Positions 36,681 through 51,200 of a DNA stretch of 64,000 nucleotides are shown piece after piece. Source of the stretch: Raillietiella orientalis (Eukaryota); the NCBI GenBank assembly GCA_036172245.1, contig JAYWIR010000041.1:372001-436000 (forward strand). Reading direction: 5' to 3'. The notes under the pieces were generated by a model. It had not been told where the DNA came from. It saw nothing but the letters and a program-made list of their open reading frames with translations, and ran no database searches. The position numbers were made by a program, and so were the translations under genes. Positions within the stretch are counted from its first letter, which is position 1. Each line of letters opens with the position of its first letter.

Positions 36681-39600
36681 GAGGGGGGATTTCCTTCGAG
36701 CCACCTTTTTGTCTTGACGTTCGGACCAACGTGCGAAAGCCCCTGTGGAGGTCGGTCCGGATGCAGGCGGATTGAGGGAGCGTTCGTTCCCGGTCCGCCC
36801 CGAATCCCCGGCTCGCTCCTGAAGGGAGTCTCGATCTTCGCTTCACGTGACCGTCCCTCGCTTTCGGGGGATCCCAGAACGGGGAAGCTGTAAGAAATCG
36901 TGGGAGACGAGCGCGCACGGAAGTGACCACGTCTTCCGGACCAACCGTCCGGGAAGGGAGAGCCTCAGGCGGTCTCACCGACCTACCGTTGTCCACGAGC
37001 TCTCTTGGTCATTAAACGCGCGCCTCCGGGGCATGATCTGGGCTGCGGACGCTCCGGGATCTGGGCGCGATCGGTCCTTCGGCGGTGGCACCGCCACGGC
37101 GATCCTTTCTCTTTCCCTCTCCTCAGCCTCTCTCGTGGTAATTCCACCTGACCCGAGTTCCCTTCCTAGCCACTGAGTAACCTACGGATGAGTGATGAAG
37201 AGGAGGGCGTCCGTTTCCTTCAGGGAGGCCAGCAGTGTCCCCGCCTCGAGGAGCAGCATGGAGTAGTGCTGTGGAGGCGGCTGCAACCAACCGCTCAGCT
37301 TCGACCCGACGTCTCGCAGGAGACGCGTCAAATCTGAACTCTCTGCTCTCCTGCAGAGACAGTTCAGGAAACCCGGGAACTGGGGGAACTTGCATCCCTC
37401 TATGGGCTCGTTGCCACGGCAACCGGACGCCCTAGCGGACCTTCAGCCTGATGCGAGGATCCTTCTGCCCTCTGGGGTCCCGTGCTCAGGCAAGGGATGT
37501 GCCCCCTCCCCGAGGACGTCCGCAAGCTGCCGCCCTCCCTTCTTACGCGGGCCCTTCTTGTCGTCGCCGCGTCATCTTGCGGCTGGTCCACTACCCCCCC
37601 TTTCCCCCAGTGCCCTCTCGCGTGGCGGCGGGGTAGCACTATCGGAGGGATTGCCCCCGTCTGACGGTGCCACCTCCGGCCTGCAGCTGCTCTCCGGTGT
37701 GGAGACGGCCCTGCGTTCCTGTGGAAATCCGACTTCTGCCTCCGCGGCTTGCGACCGCGGGGAGTCTCTACCTGATGGCAACTTTCGTAGAGCTCGGCTA
37801 ATCGTTGGCGCGCTCCGAGGAAGCCCGTGGGAGGTCGTCACGGGTCGCTGGCGAAGGAAGTCGGCTGCCTTTAGGCGTCGCATTTGCTCTCATCCTCTCT
37901 GCGCAGGCTAAGGGCGCCCCGCGGGTTGGCCCGGATGTGAACTTTGAAGGGCTGCAGGTGCGTCGCTCCCCATGGACATGCCAATCTGGCGCAAAACCCG
38001 CCAGAGCCAACGAACGTCGCACTCGGTTCGCTCAAGCGTCAATGAACTCGTTGGTGCAGCGCTCTCATGAGAGCTACCAAGCCGACGTCTCCCATCTGCA
38101 ACCCTGGCTGGAATCTCGACGTTCCCGCGCGCAGCCGCAAACCTGCTCTGAGCCACCACCGACATGCCCTGAGGGCAAGCTATTCCAGTAGCGACGGCGA
38201 CTCACGCTGGGGTGCCTTCGAGAGCGGGAAGTCCTTCCTGGAGATCCGCTCACAGGCCCGACAGGTGCAGCGGCCGAGGAACGCTTACCCCAGAGAAGGG
38301 CCATCGGAGACGCGGCCCGTGTCCTGGAGAAAGCGTCGCTTTCGCTCCGACGGCGCCAACAATGTGCATTCCTTCGGGGCTCCGTCAGGGACGCCCGTCG
38401 GCCTCATCGCATCGTCCTGCAGCCGGGAAGAACACAGGACAGGTGGAAGCGCGTCGTGCTTTTCCTCTGGCGTTCCCTTCCGTCTTCCACCAGGGGAAAG
38501 TGGAGCAGGGGGGAGGAGGGAGGGCGACGACCTTGCAAAGTCCTCAAGATCTTGGAACGAAAGGACACCAGCGGTGGCGTCAGCACCCCCGAATCAGTGC
38601 GGAGGTGCCTACCGGACCCCAGGCTGGTCGGACCACCGTGGCAACGGATCCGCCGCAAGGCTGTTCCCTCCCCCTCTCCGCCGTCAGAGGGCCTTCCTTG
38701 TCCGTGGAAGACGGGAGGGAAGGCAGGTTGAAGCCGAGTGCTCGGTCCCGCCGACCTCAGTGGCCTTTCCGGAGGCACCAGGAAGCGCAAGCCAAGTCGA
38801 ATCAAACTCCGAGAGCGCGGGTTCCATCCGAAATTACCCGCGTTCTTCCCGGTTCACGGCAGAAGTCCTGGAGATGCTTCCGCGAGGCTGTGTGTGTGTG
38901 TGTGTTTCCTCCCGGATGAAGCGGACAAGGACGTCTTTCCGCCCGTTTTGTTGTGGATGTTGCCAGGTGCTTTTGCGGGTCGGCGGCCTGGTGCAGCGGG
39001 ATATCCTCCCGTTGGAGGGCGGGCGAAAACAATCGGTGTCCCGCTCATCCGCCGCTTCCCGGCTGGCGAATCAAGAGCACGCTCTTCGCGGTGACGTCGT
39101 TTGTGCGAAAATGTAAAAGAAAGGGGTACGATGAGGTGGAGGCGAGGCAACCGCTTCTCTCCCCCCCTCCCTCCTCTTGGGATGCCTTCGGGGTTGAAAC
39201 ACTGCGAATTTCTGTTTTCGCTTCCACTCGCAACATCGCGCTGTCGGGACTTCTCGAAGGAGCGAGGGCGCTCTCTCGCGGAGCGACCCCGAGACGAGCT
39301 CTGCCCTTCGAGGAGCTTCTCGCGGGTCAAAGTGACGCGGAGCCAGCGGCGCCGAAAGTGGTCACTAATTCCACCGCGGGGCAGGAGGGAAGTCCTTCCG
39401 CGCGTCTGATCGAATCCCGATGAGCCCTCGACCCGTCGTCCGAGAGGAACCCGCCGGGAAAGCACGTGTCCGGAAGCTGAACCATCGTCTGGAACGGCCC
39501 TCGAGCGCCAGTGCTGATGCCATGGCCACCACGCGGCTCGAAGGCGCGGCCGACCGCGTCTTCCTCGGCGGCCGCACGTTTCTCCCTTCCTCGTGGCCTA

Positions 39601-42600
39601 GCTGCATCTGCGCCAAAGGGACGCCGGCGGGGTTCCCCACCGTCCGTTCTGGGAACGAAGCCGGTGCTCCGGCGAGAGCGAAAGGAAGCCGCGAGCGTTC
39701 CCGGCGAGAGAAGCAGAGTCGAGGCGCGGGCTTCGCCTCCAAAAGCGAGAGAGGAGAGGGCAGCCTCGGGAACGGGAGGAGCAAGTCGGTAGGAAGACAG
39801 ACGCGAGCCGAAGGCCCGACAGCCGGGGCCGGGGTGGGTCATCGAGGCAAACCACCGCCTTGCCGTGAGGGGCGAGTCGAGGAGGGCAGGGCGCCAGCTG
39901 ACGTCTCGAAGAGCTCGGAGCACCATCCACGACCCCGCATCCCTCTGGTGGAAAGGTCCTGGATGCGAGCATTCCGGAAGTTCCCGGTAGAGAAGCTCCC
40001 TTGCATCGCCATTTTCGGCCCACAGTTCCGGAGCTCTCGCCCGGGATCGGGAAAGCCACCCGACGTGCCAAGCAGAATTCCAATGGCACTGCTGCCTCGC
40101 CACGGTGCGTCCTTTTCCAGTGCCGGGAATGCTGCCCACCTTCTGTCGAGACCCGTACTCCCTCTGCCCGATCCAGGAACAGCTCGAACCCTTTCGGACT
40201 GCACCCCTCCCCCCCCCCGCGGCCCAGAAGGTTCCGGGATAGAAACGCCGGGAAGAAACGCGTGTGAGAGGAGGATCGAGCTCCCTCGTTCCCTCCGGTA
40301 GCGCCACGGAGCTCAGCGCCACGGAGCTGGGCAACTGCGAGCGTGGCATGGCTTCGGTCACGAACCGTCTGGTGGGCCCTGCGGGTGCTGCCACAGCAAC
40401 TCTCGGAAGGCGCTCGAAAACGACAGCCTCCCCGCACGACGTGCCGCCAAGCACCGACATGGCTCCATCCCCGGGGGTCAGCGCGAGGTAGGGAGGGGGA
40501 AAGCTCTATGTGACACACTCTCCAGAGGACCCTTCCAAGCTCCCGCTACGGCGAGAGCAGGGCGGTCGGCCTCCCACGGTCAGGCGCGTCCTCGAGTCGG
40601 AGAGTTCCGGCAGCGCCTCGGAGTCTCCGTCGCTAAAGCGCCGTCCGCTGGACCACTGAACGACTCGGCATGAGCGGGAGAGGCCTACTGGAGGGGAAGG
40701 GGCCCGGAGAGGCGATCTTCCCGGCCCGAAGAGGTGGGCTAGCAGCGTTGACTCCTGGCCGCTGGCGGATGCCCCCCCAGCATGACCATCCGGCCGGCTG
40801 TAACCAATTCCCTTCGGAACGAGGGACTCCGCACCGCCCTCTGGCTATCTTCCCACTTTCGTGGGAGGCCCTACAGTGGGAAAGGCGCTGCGAGGATGCA
40901 GGGCGCACGCGCTCCCCGACTCCGTGTTTCCAGGCGCCGTTCCCCCTCTTCCCCCCTCCCGTCCGCAGCCCCTCGAGGGAAGAAACGGGGGGGCGGAAGA
41001 CTGCCTTCGCTGCCTCGCCCGCCGGCGAGGAGGCCGCCGTCGCCGCCGCTGCGGCCGCCTCCAGGCACGACGTCCCGACGGCGGCGGAAGGGCGGCAACG
41101 CCTCCGCGGCGCGCGCTCCTGGAGGGAAGTTTCCGCGGTCGCGGTCCCCGAGGCTGGCTGACCCCGGCTGGACCGCGGCAGTCGTCCCTCTGGGAACTCC
41201 CGGAAGGGCGGGTTCGCGCCCGATCTGCCCGCTCGCACGGATGGACGCCGGCGGCGGCAGGTCGAGGAGGCGGCGCTGAAGGGGAGCCGCGCCTTCCCGC
41301 GCCTGCGGCGGCCGCTCAGGGCGTCTTCGTCCGCTCCTCGCTCCCGCACGAATCCCCTACCGCTATCTGGGGGGGTCCCTCGAGGTCGAGGAAGACCTGG
41401 AGGGGTCCACCGCATCGACCGCTGATACTGCTGAGGACCGCGCGCGCACGCTCAGCCCCGGGACCGACTAAAGCTGCCTCGTGAAGGCGGCATTCGCGCG
41501 CATCTTCAAAGACCCTGCATGAGGGGGGCGAGAAGGCGGGGTCGGCCCCATGAACTGCTTCCGGGAGCAGTCGGGGTAGGGGACAAGTGGTGAACACTCG
41601 GCTGCCGTCCAGGACCGCGACCTGGTTACGAGCGGGAACAGCCGCGAGGAAATGCAAAGAGCCCACGACCCCTTCTTCCCCCTTCAAGCCGTCGGCGGGG
41701 GCGAAAAGGAGAGGAGGGGACCTTCCCGAATTTCTCTTTCTTCCTTCCTCCCTTTCCTTCGCCTTTACCGAGCTCCCGCGAAAGAGGGGAAATCCAGACG
41801 GACGCGTGGGCGTGGAGGGGGTGCACAGAGCGGCAGAAGGGGGGAGCGGAGGGGACGCAACGGCAGAAAGGGTCGTAGGTGGTGGGGTCGGCTTCCCTGT
41901 CTGCGAGCGAGAGTGGAAGAGGGGCTCGCTGCGGCGGAGAAGGCGACCTGCCATCTAGCGTCCAGTACTCGAACCGGCGCCGCGCCTGTGGAGAGGAGGC
42001 TCCCGGAAGCCTCTGTGCCCTTCGCGGGTGACCGCGTCCGCTGGCGCTCGAGGGTCCCAAGGGTGAGCTCCCCTTCACGTACAGTGGGCGATGGGGGAGG
42101 GCAGTGGAATCAACCCTTTTCCTGCGAGGGAGGGAGTGGGGCGCTTCCCCCCTCGGGAAAGCTGGGACTCGGCTGGGGCCGGGCGAGGGATGCGGCGGGC
42201 CGGAAGCGCTCGTTCGCGGGGCGTGGGAAGGCCGCTCGGAGCGGAAGGGGAGAGCGCGGCGCGCGTGTGCGGGAGGGTCCGCGGCAAGTGAGCGAGGGGG
42301 CCACGCGCAGGCGGGCCCCCTCGCTCGCTCGTCGCCGCGGCGGGAGAGGCGGAGGGGACGGCGGCCCTCGCCCGCGGGCGAGCGGCGGCGGGGCGGCTAA
42401 TCACACGTTCCTTTGTTCCCCTCCCTCCCTCCCCTCCCCCCATCCATCACCCAGCTTGGCTCGGGGCGAGGAGGCGGCTGGCGCCGCGCCTTCGCCTGGG
42501 CGGGCGCCGCGTGACCGCCGCGCGGGGGAGTCGCGCTCCGCCGCGCGCGCGTCCCTCCCCGCCCCCGCGGCCCTTCCGCTTTCCCGCGGGCGGGCGCTGA

Positions 42601-45600
42601 GGCGACGGGGAGGAGCAGCGCCCGCCCGCGGCCTCCGCGCTCTTGCGTTCCCTCGGGCAGAGGGGATGCCCAGGACGCCATCATTCCCTCCGAAATGCGG
42701 GAGTGGAGGACCTCTCCCTGCCTGAACGAGGTCGACGCAATCTCGTCCTCTCCGGAGGACCTTTACAGTGAGGCGTGTCGGGAAGGAAGCTTGAATTCAA
42801 GTATTCGGAAGACCCTCGGAGCCCGCGGCCCCTCGAGTCCCTCCGGCGGAGGAGAGGGTCGGATGGACCGATCCCCTAGCTTTGGAAATTCTTTTCCGGG
42901 GGAGGGGGAAAGCTGGGTGGGGACGTGAGCGCGGCCCAGGCCGCCCCAGGGCGCGGCGGAGGGCGGGACGCCGCTGCGAGGGGCGTTTCCTGCCCGAAAC
43001 CGACGGAGCTCGACCGCGGGCCCGCCGGACTTCCGCCGAGGCGGGAGGGGTGCGGCCCAGATGTCCTTCCGTCGGCCCGACCTCTCCGCAGTGACGTCAC
43101 AGCACGAAAACAAAAGGGGTAGAGGCGATGGGCGCTCCCCCTTCCCCAAAGGCTTTCTAAGGTCCCCCGCGGGAGCGGCCCGGGGATCCGCTGGCGATGC
43201 ACCGGCGTGCCCCGTCCTAAGAGGCGGTGCCGGGCCTGCGGCGGCGCGCCCCGAGGGCATCTACCGTCGCCGTTTTTTCCCAGCCGCGGCAGCGACAGCA
43301 GCGAAGGGAGAGGCAGGGAGGGGGCGGTGCGAGAGTTTTCTCCCCCAGGCGGAGCGCGGCGGCGCCACTTGCGCCCGCCCGATCGGCGGGCGAAAGGAGT
43401 GGGAGGGGCCGTGGGAGCGGAGATCTCCGGCGGGTCCAGAGATCGACCTCCGCAGCTTCCTGCGCGGCCGCCCTGGAAGCCCAGAGCGAAGAGACGAGTG
43501 CGCGTGCGGGGCGCACGAGGAGTGGAGGCTAGGGGGACTGTGGGAGGGATGAGCCCCCCGCACGGAGGCGCGGCCACGAGAAGAGGAAAGTAGGGAATCG
43601 CCCCCTCCCCGTGCGGTTGCATGCTGTCCTTCCCTGACGCCTTGGAGCGGACGCCTGAGCGGGTCAGTGTGGGCCAGACCGCCAGCCCTCGGAGCGCGGG
43701 CAGAGGGCCTCCGAGGAGAACCTCTCCACCTCGGGGTCGCACGAGAGGAACCGGCCCTGCGCGTCGCTCTTAGCCGGCGCTGTAAGCCGGCCGATTCCCG
43801 GGTGGGGCGCCGTGCCGCCTGGGAGCTCCCGCTGCTGGAGAGCGTCTCCCGCTCCGGGAAGACGTGCCGCTCTGGCGACGCAGGCAGCAGTGCCGCCCCA
43901 CGGGAAGACTCCAGCGCGGCAGCCGCATACTCTCCGGCTCGAGGAAGGAGCGTTCGCTTCATCTGCCACGGCCGCCTTTCTGCCGGTTGGACGCTCCGGC
44001 GCAAAGGTCACTCGTACACTGAATCGGTACCGTACCAAAACCGGAGTACTGCACAGATCGTCGATTGGAATTCTCCGTGACCCGCCGCTGACGTCACTTA
44101 TCGATCGGCGAGACACTCGCGCCGACGCAGCGGCGGCCAGCGATCCCAAGTGCAGGCACTCTAGCGTGGTGGTGGTAGATGCGCTTCAAGAAGATTGTAC
44201 ACACGCACGCGTATGTATATGCGTGTACCACATGCACCGTACGCTGCATTCCTAGAACACTCGTCTTGTAGAGGGTGGGCACGAAGTCGGGGTTCCCAGA
44301 GTGTGGGGGATGAGGAGGGGGGAGAGACCCAAGGACACCCCTCCAGAGCGCCACGAGGAAGGTCGGCTTCCTTGGCCGAGACGCCCGCCAGTTCAGAATG
44401 CTGGAGACCGCTTGAAGGTCATTCCGATGCGCGTGCGCGCACGCGGTTGACAAAGTGACCCAAGGGAGGTGCCCTGAGGAGAGCGAACCGACCGGGCGCT
44501 GCTCGGCAGCGGGGGTTCGTGAGAGCACGCCGAGGAGCGGCACCGGAAGAGCCACAGAAGGGTGTGGGAGGTCGGGAAGGGGCATGCAGCCCCCCTTTCC
44601 GGCCCCACTTACCCACGAAATATCCGGCGTTTGTTTCGGCTCCTGGATTCTCCTCGGTCGAAGCGCCTGCTCGGAGCTGGCCTTCCCGACCTGCAAGCGC
44701 GATCGACGCTGTTGCTATGACACCCGAAGCCGTGCCGCCGAGTCCTTGATACTTCCGAGACGGTCACGAGTCGCGGATCTTCCTGAAGCGTCCCCCTGGT
44801 CCTCGCCCAGTGGCTCGTGGCCATGCGATCCACCAACTGTTCGGCTTGGACTCGCAGCATCCCCCGTGCCCTCAGCGTGCCGCCGCGCAATCCAGCGGAG
44901 CATCCGGTAGTGGGCTCAGTGGACACAACTGCCTCTCTCTGTTTCGGGTGTTCTCTCTGGGGAGTACTGCGTGCCGGCGGCACCCGGAGGCGATTTTTTG
45001 TGTGTGTGTGAGTGCATGTGTTTTCAAGATGGAGTCTGCCGGCATGCGGAGAGCGGCCTCCGAACGCGCGTGTGGGAGGAACGCATAGGGGTCGCTCCGA
45101 GCAACGTGTGTCGCGGTGCTCCCCGCGCGCGCGCGCGGGGAGAAAGTTGCGGCGGAATTCCGCCCGGAGAAGAAATGCGAGGACCGGGTGGGCGCCGCTC
45201 GAGCTTGTGTCACCTGACAACGCGGGTGAAAGCGGAGCGGCCCGACCTCTCTCGGGAACCGAATCCGGCGGGGGCGGCGGCGCGGGAGGGCCCGTCCGGT
45301 GTCAGCCTCCAGCAGCCATCGCACTCGGACTGGAAACTCCCGAAGCGACCGCGGTCGCTCCCGGGAGGAAATCCGGAAGTCTCCAGAGTTTTCTTCGATC
45401 TCGAAAGAGAGAGAGAGAGAAAGAAAGAAAGAAAAAGGAGAGGTCGCGCGCGGCGCTTTCCTTTTCTTCCCCTTGAGGTATTTGGCCATGTGGCGGTGTC
45501 CCGACGCTCATGTATCGAAAGGTCGTATGGACTGCCTGTTACCAGCGTGCGGCCAGTCTCGTTTGACCGGGAGTCGCCTTGTTGATGCCGGCTCCCCAAG

Positions 45601-47969
45601 GAGGAGCTGCAAGGGGAGCGCTGCTCCTGGGGAGGGAGGGAGCCACCGGAGCTTTCGAAGGCCGACCTCCCGGCAGTACGTCATTCGGCCTCCGACGGCG
45701 GCGGACTTCCGGCTGAGGGGACAGGCGGATGCGCCAGGACGCTGTGCAGGGACGACGTAGCTCCAGAGCCGTGCAGAGGGCTACGCGTCCAGGCTACCGC
45801 TGGCCGAACGAGGCGGGCGGATGGGGCAAGGTCCTGGGAGCGGCTCCTGGAGGGTGCGGAGAACTCCGGAAGCCGGCACTCCCGCCTGTTTTGGCGCCCA
45901 TCCGAAGAGTGACCGTCCCTTTGGGACAGCGGCGCGAAACTCCAGCTCGAGGCACTGCAGACGCTGGGCAGCCACGTCCCCGCTGGGCGGTTCATCTGAA
46001 GGGCCCCAGTAGAAACCGGGAAACCGAAAATCTCGCAGGTGCGACCGTTCCGGGAAATTGACTCGACCTCCGGATCGCTCCTCTGGGCAGCTCGCGCCGT
46101 GGACGTTCTGGGCCGGCGAACCCTCAAGGCACGGCTCCGCCTATCCTAAAGAATTCACACGCCATCCCGCTGCCTCCCGAGAGCCGCGGCCCGCCGGGAT
46201 CTCCTCGGCCCCCTGAGGGCAGCTTCCTCATGATTCGCGCGCGGAAGGGCTCCTCGCGAGGGTGGTCCCGAAGAGATCCCGCGCGTCGGGAGCGCACCGA
46301 GGGCCTCCAGCGAGGCGGGCGAGCCGGGAATGCGGCCCGTCTCAGGAAGGAGCGGTTCTGCTGTCGCTCTGGTCGGCAGCGGGGGAGAGAGAAGGGGGAG
46401 GGAGGCGAAGCGTTCCGGGCGTGAAGAGCGCCCCTGAGCCAAACAGGCGGGAAGAGCGACGTCCTGAACTGGGAAGAACGAAGGAGGAAAACCCGGCCGT
46501 TCCCCGGGTCCTAGACCAGGGAAGGTCCGAGCTCCCGTGAGGTCCTCTCTTGGAGTTCCGGCCGCACGTCTTCCCTTGATGGGGAGGGCGCGTGTGCGTT
46601 TCAGCTGTCGCGGCCGAGGTCCCCCACATTTCCAGGAGGTCTAGGATCCCGCAGGGAACGGAAGGAAGAGCAAACTGACCCACGCAGGAATGCCTCATGG
46701 TGGCGGAATCTCTCTGGAAGCTTCCGCGGGCTTTGCGCCGGGAGGCGGAAGTCCAGCTCGGTGATCTCTCCCGCGAAACGAGAGGGGGCCGTTCTGGGGC
46801 CGAACAGCCCAAGCGCACAGTCTCCCGGACGCGACCCGCAAAAAACGAGGGAGCGGTCGGAGGAGGAGTCGCCTCAGTGGAAATGGTCGCAGGGACTGCG
46901 ATCGCGCGGGTCGGAGGGGGAGGACTGGCGTTGCCGCGTTCCCGAGCCGCCGGCCATCCCGCTAGTCTCAGGGAAGCACTGGGTGCTCCCCTCCGGCATG
47001 TGGCAAGCGGGAGGGCGAGGCCGCGAGATTCGAGCGCGTCGTGGAGACGCGAAGGAAGGGGGAAGGGGGAGGGGGAGGGTTTCCATCGAGATTCTGTGGA
47101 AAGCGTAAGGCTTGCTTTCCAGCCGCCGCACGAACACGCAGGGCTCTTTCCGGTCCTTCGTATCGAAGCACGGAGCTGCGTAACGAAGTGCACTTCAAGA
47201 GTGGGGAGGGAAGACCGAACGCAACAATGGAACGACGACTCGATAGAACGAAAACTCCGTAGAAGAACTCGGTGAAACCACGACTCGGTAGAAGGACTTC
47301 CTCTATAGAATGATCGCTCGCCTCGTTTTCGCAGGGGAAAACCCACCGTTCCGAGCCCGCGCAAAAAATGGCCAGAAGGTTTCGTGGACGACGGGGCTCC
47401 CATCGAAAGCCCTCCCATTCTCTGAGAAGAGCAGCAGAGCAGTGGGCGGTGTTGTTTCCAGGAGCCCCGTAGGGCTCCTGGAAGTACGGCGAGTCTGGAG
47501 AAGAATGGCGACGGGGCGCATCGTCTTTCCTACGCTTCTTCTTCGTCTTTTTGTTCCTTCGCCCCGCGTTCCTCCTCCGGACCATTTGTCAATCCGCCGC
47601 CCAGCCCGAAGAGTGGCCGCGCACGCACGCGGCGGCGAGCGCGCGTTAGCGAAAGCAAAGAGCGAAAATAATGAACTGACCCAACAATGGGATCGAACAT
47701 TCGAGACGACTTTTGCACGGTGGTCCGAGGTCCCGGAGGCCGCCGTTCCAAGGGAAGCCGCCGCCGTTTCCCCCACGCAGAGACGTAGAGCAGCAGCTGG
47801 CGGGATTCCGTTCTCATTTTGGCGCGCGCCTGGCTCGCCTTCGAAAGCGCGCCAGCGGTCCTCCCAGCTTCGCTCTCCGTGTTTCCCAAAGTCCCCCCAT
47901 AATTCCCTCCCCCTTCTCCACTCACGGAGGACTCAATTAGGGAAAAAAAATAAAAAAAGGGCTTTTCCT

Positions 47970-48250
47970 TGCAATCCTTCCTGCGATATTCGAAGGTTAG
48001 TCCCTGTGCGGGGGGCGATCCACCCATGCTTCCTCCACACGCCCCGGGGGTGCCGCGTGCTCGAGTGTACGCCATCTTTTTTTTCCCGAACGCGCTCCGC
48101 CCCGCTCCTCGGGAATCTCCTCCAATCCTGCCTCATTCCAAGGTCCCGAGAGCCGTTCTTCGACCGCTCGAGCCGTGGTGGACACTGGTTCCCCTGGAGG
48201 TGTGGCGGAGCCAGTTCTCGTGGTGTCTTTCTGCTGGAGGACCGGGTCTG
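47970..48250 (-). repeat. Diverged, internally deleted second copy of the 36150-36520 element
   Basis: Shares gctcctcgggaatctcctccaatcctgcc, ccaaggtcccgag, agccagttct and gtcttt..tggag blocks in the same order and orientation. Confidence 0.85.
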
Positions 48251-51200
48251 GCTCGCGTCCCCGGGACTCTGGGGCTCCCCCCTCATCCCGTGTTCCGAGG
48301 CGGCCTTCCCGATCGAGAGGGTCGGTGGGCTCCAGCATGGTTGAGCCTCGCAGTTGCCTGTTGCCCTCTGTCCATCCACCCTCCTGTGGGTAGGCCTTTG
48401 GCTACCGACGCGTGGGAAGCGATGCAAAGCGCTCCGGGAGCGCAAGATGTCCCGCCAGTTGCCCTCGCGAGTCACGCCGAGGAAGGAAAGGAAACTTCGA
48501 CAGTCGAGGAATCTGCGGCGGGTTCCACGGGAAGAGAACCTGCCTGGATGCCCATCGGGGCTCGGCCAATGGCTCCGCGTTCAGCGCGCTCTACCGGCCG
48601 GCTACGGAGGTCACTTGCGAACCGATTCCCGAAGAACTGATCCGGGAAGAAGAAAACAAAGAAACTCCAGCCGTTAGGTACGTCAGGCGATTCGGCTAGA
48701 GGTCGTCCTGCTGGCTTCCCTTGTCATTCCGGTGGACAAGCGCAGGGAAAGCCCCGCTTCGTGCTGGATGCCGCGTCGCCCGCGAAACCCCATGGAGGCG
48801 CTTGCGAGCTCCTCTCCCGTTGTTGAGGACGGAAGGAGGCGGTGGGCAGTGAAGAGCAGGAGCCGAAGGTGCTACCGACGTCGGTAGAGCACGCAGATAG
48901 CCTTCCGGGAATCCTGCCAGGGTCCGCGGCACCATCCGGACGACTTGGCGCCTGGAGAGGATGGCGAAACCGTCGTCAACTCCGCTGTGCCTCCTGGAGC
49001 TCCACCTCCTCGCGAGGAACGCAAGGGACGGTGGCGGTTCCCGCTCGGGGAAGCGGGTCGAGGCCGCCGAACCGCGCAGCCAGCTGGTTGCCTTCGGGCG
49101 CCGTCGCCGGGCACGTGGAAGGCGGGGTCCAATCCCTACCCAGAGCTGAGTCCGATGCCATGTGCTAACAAACGTGCACTCAAGACGGAGAACACTCCTC
49201 AGCCGGAGGTCTGCAATGGTGGAAGGGGGGGGGCAAGGGATGATAGGACGATGACTGCCCACCGGGAAGAAAGTCAGAGGGTCGAGCACGCATGCAAGAT
49301 GTCGCGAACGAATGAAAAATCACCTAAAATTAGGACCCGTGCTGGACGCGCTCAGGCGCTCCCACCGGCGGCCGAAGACCTTCCATGCAGAATTTCTGCC
49401 GGAGGCGCGAGCAATGTCGCTCCGCTCTCCCGGGCGAAGAAGAAGATGCCGCTTTCCTCCCGCGCAGGTTCCTGGGCTTCGTTCCAGAGCGGATCCTCGT
49501 CCTTCGCGATAGTGCAGCGGATACGCGTTAAGTCGCGCCGCGCGGAGGCAGGGGAGTCCCCCTTCCCCCCTCACTTCCGTCCCGTTCCAGGAACGACGGC
49601 GCTTTCTCAGGGAAGGCGCTGTTGGCGTCGCTGAGCGAGTCGGCAGAGTCTCTTCGGCCGGTGCGCGATTTTTTTGCCGCGCGCAGTGGGAGGCGGAGAT
49701 TTGCAGGATGCCCCTGCACGCCAGGTTCCGCTTCTGCGGGTGCGCGCCCACCCGGACTTTCACTGGTCCGCGGGGAAGACCCGTTCCGTCACGGGGCGGC
49801 CTCACCATTTCGTGGTTTCACGGCTCACCCTCGAAGCTCGCCGAACGAGCGACCCAGCGGGATGGAAGAGCGGGCGACCCACCTCGTAAATGCGACTCAG
49901 GGCTGCCATTCTCGCGCACCTTTCAACGATGATTCCAGCCTTAAAGCACGGATGCCAACAGCAAAGACCCCGAGACACGTGCCAGCCCTCATTGTGTTGC
50001 GGAGCGATGAGCCCTGCGTCAGCAAACAGCGCCGTCCGCTTTCTTGGGCGCGTGACGTGCAAAGCTCAGACTTCCTTTCAAGCTGGGGAGGAGTGGTCCT
50101 CAGCCTAGACCAAGACGTCTTCTTTAACGAGATACTCTTGTTACCTGAAAGTATCCCTCATTGAGGGTGGATACTTTTGTGCCACATTCGCGGGCATCCT
50201 GAGATGCACGCCGCTTTCTCTGCTTTTCAGAAAATGGGTTCGCTCCTTCGTTTCAGGAACAGGCGATGGCCGACGAGGATGGTCTCCTCCGGGAGTCTTC
50301 GCCGTGCCGGAACCCCCCTCGCGGCTGCTGCGCGGAGGTAGGGTGACTGTGCTGCTGCTCTTGAAACAGGCCTTCGGGAATGGAGGACGGCGGCGCCTTG
50401 ATCGGGAGTTACGCGTCCCGGCAGCAGGACCTGAGGGTTCGCCGATGTCAGTGCCTCGTAGGGACACGCACATTTCCCCTGCCGAAAGCGAGTTGCTCCC
50501 TTCAGCGTCCAGGCTGGTTTTGAGCCAACCGGAAGGGAATCGCAGGAAGAAAGCTCTGGAGGTGAATCGTGTGCGCAGAAAACGTGCGCAAGAAAGAGAA
50601 GAGAAAACCTTGGTGGACAGCGGAGATTTCGATCTTCGAGGCGTCCCCGAACACAGGTTGCTTCTCCCGCTGGCGTGGTCGGGAGCGCGCGGGCGACTCC
50701 CCGAATCGGATCGCGTATCTTTTTTATTCTTCCTATTTTCCAATCCGCTTATTTATTCGTTGCGTTCCGCTGTCGACGTCATCTTCCCGGAGGCCGTGTT
50801 CCGCATCCTTCCTGAAAAGCGGGCCGCGGCTCATCCGCCGAGCGCGCGAAAAAAATGTTCATTTTTTTTTTTTTTTTGCGGCGCGCTTCCAGGACAGCGG
50901 GATCGGGAGGTGCTCCCCCGCGTCTCCATCGCAACCGCTCCGAGGGTGGTGTTTTTTTCGTTTTTTTTTCTCCCTTTCCTTCCTCTCCCCCTCCCCCAAC
51001 TTGTCGCCCAATTTCCATCTCCTCCCCCCCGTTGGACCTGGCCGCGGAGCTCTGGCTTCCTCCTGCCCCGGAACGAAATCTCGGGGACGGACGCCTCTCG
51101 GAACGGCCATCTCCTCCGGGAGGTCGTCCGGCCTCCTTCGCGAACGGGGTCTAGCAGGGGGGCTGCCCGACGTCCCCCGGCCCGCCGGCGCATGTCGTGC

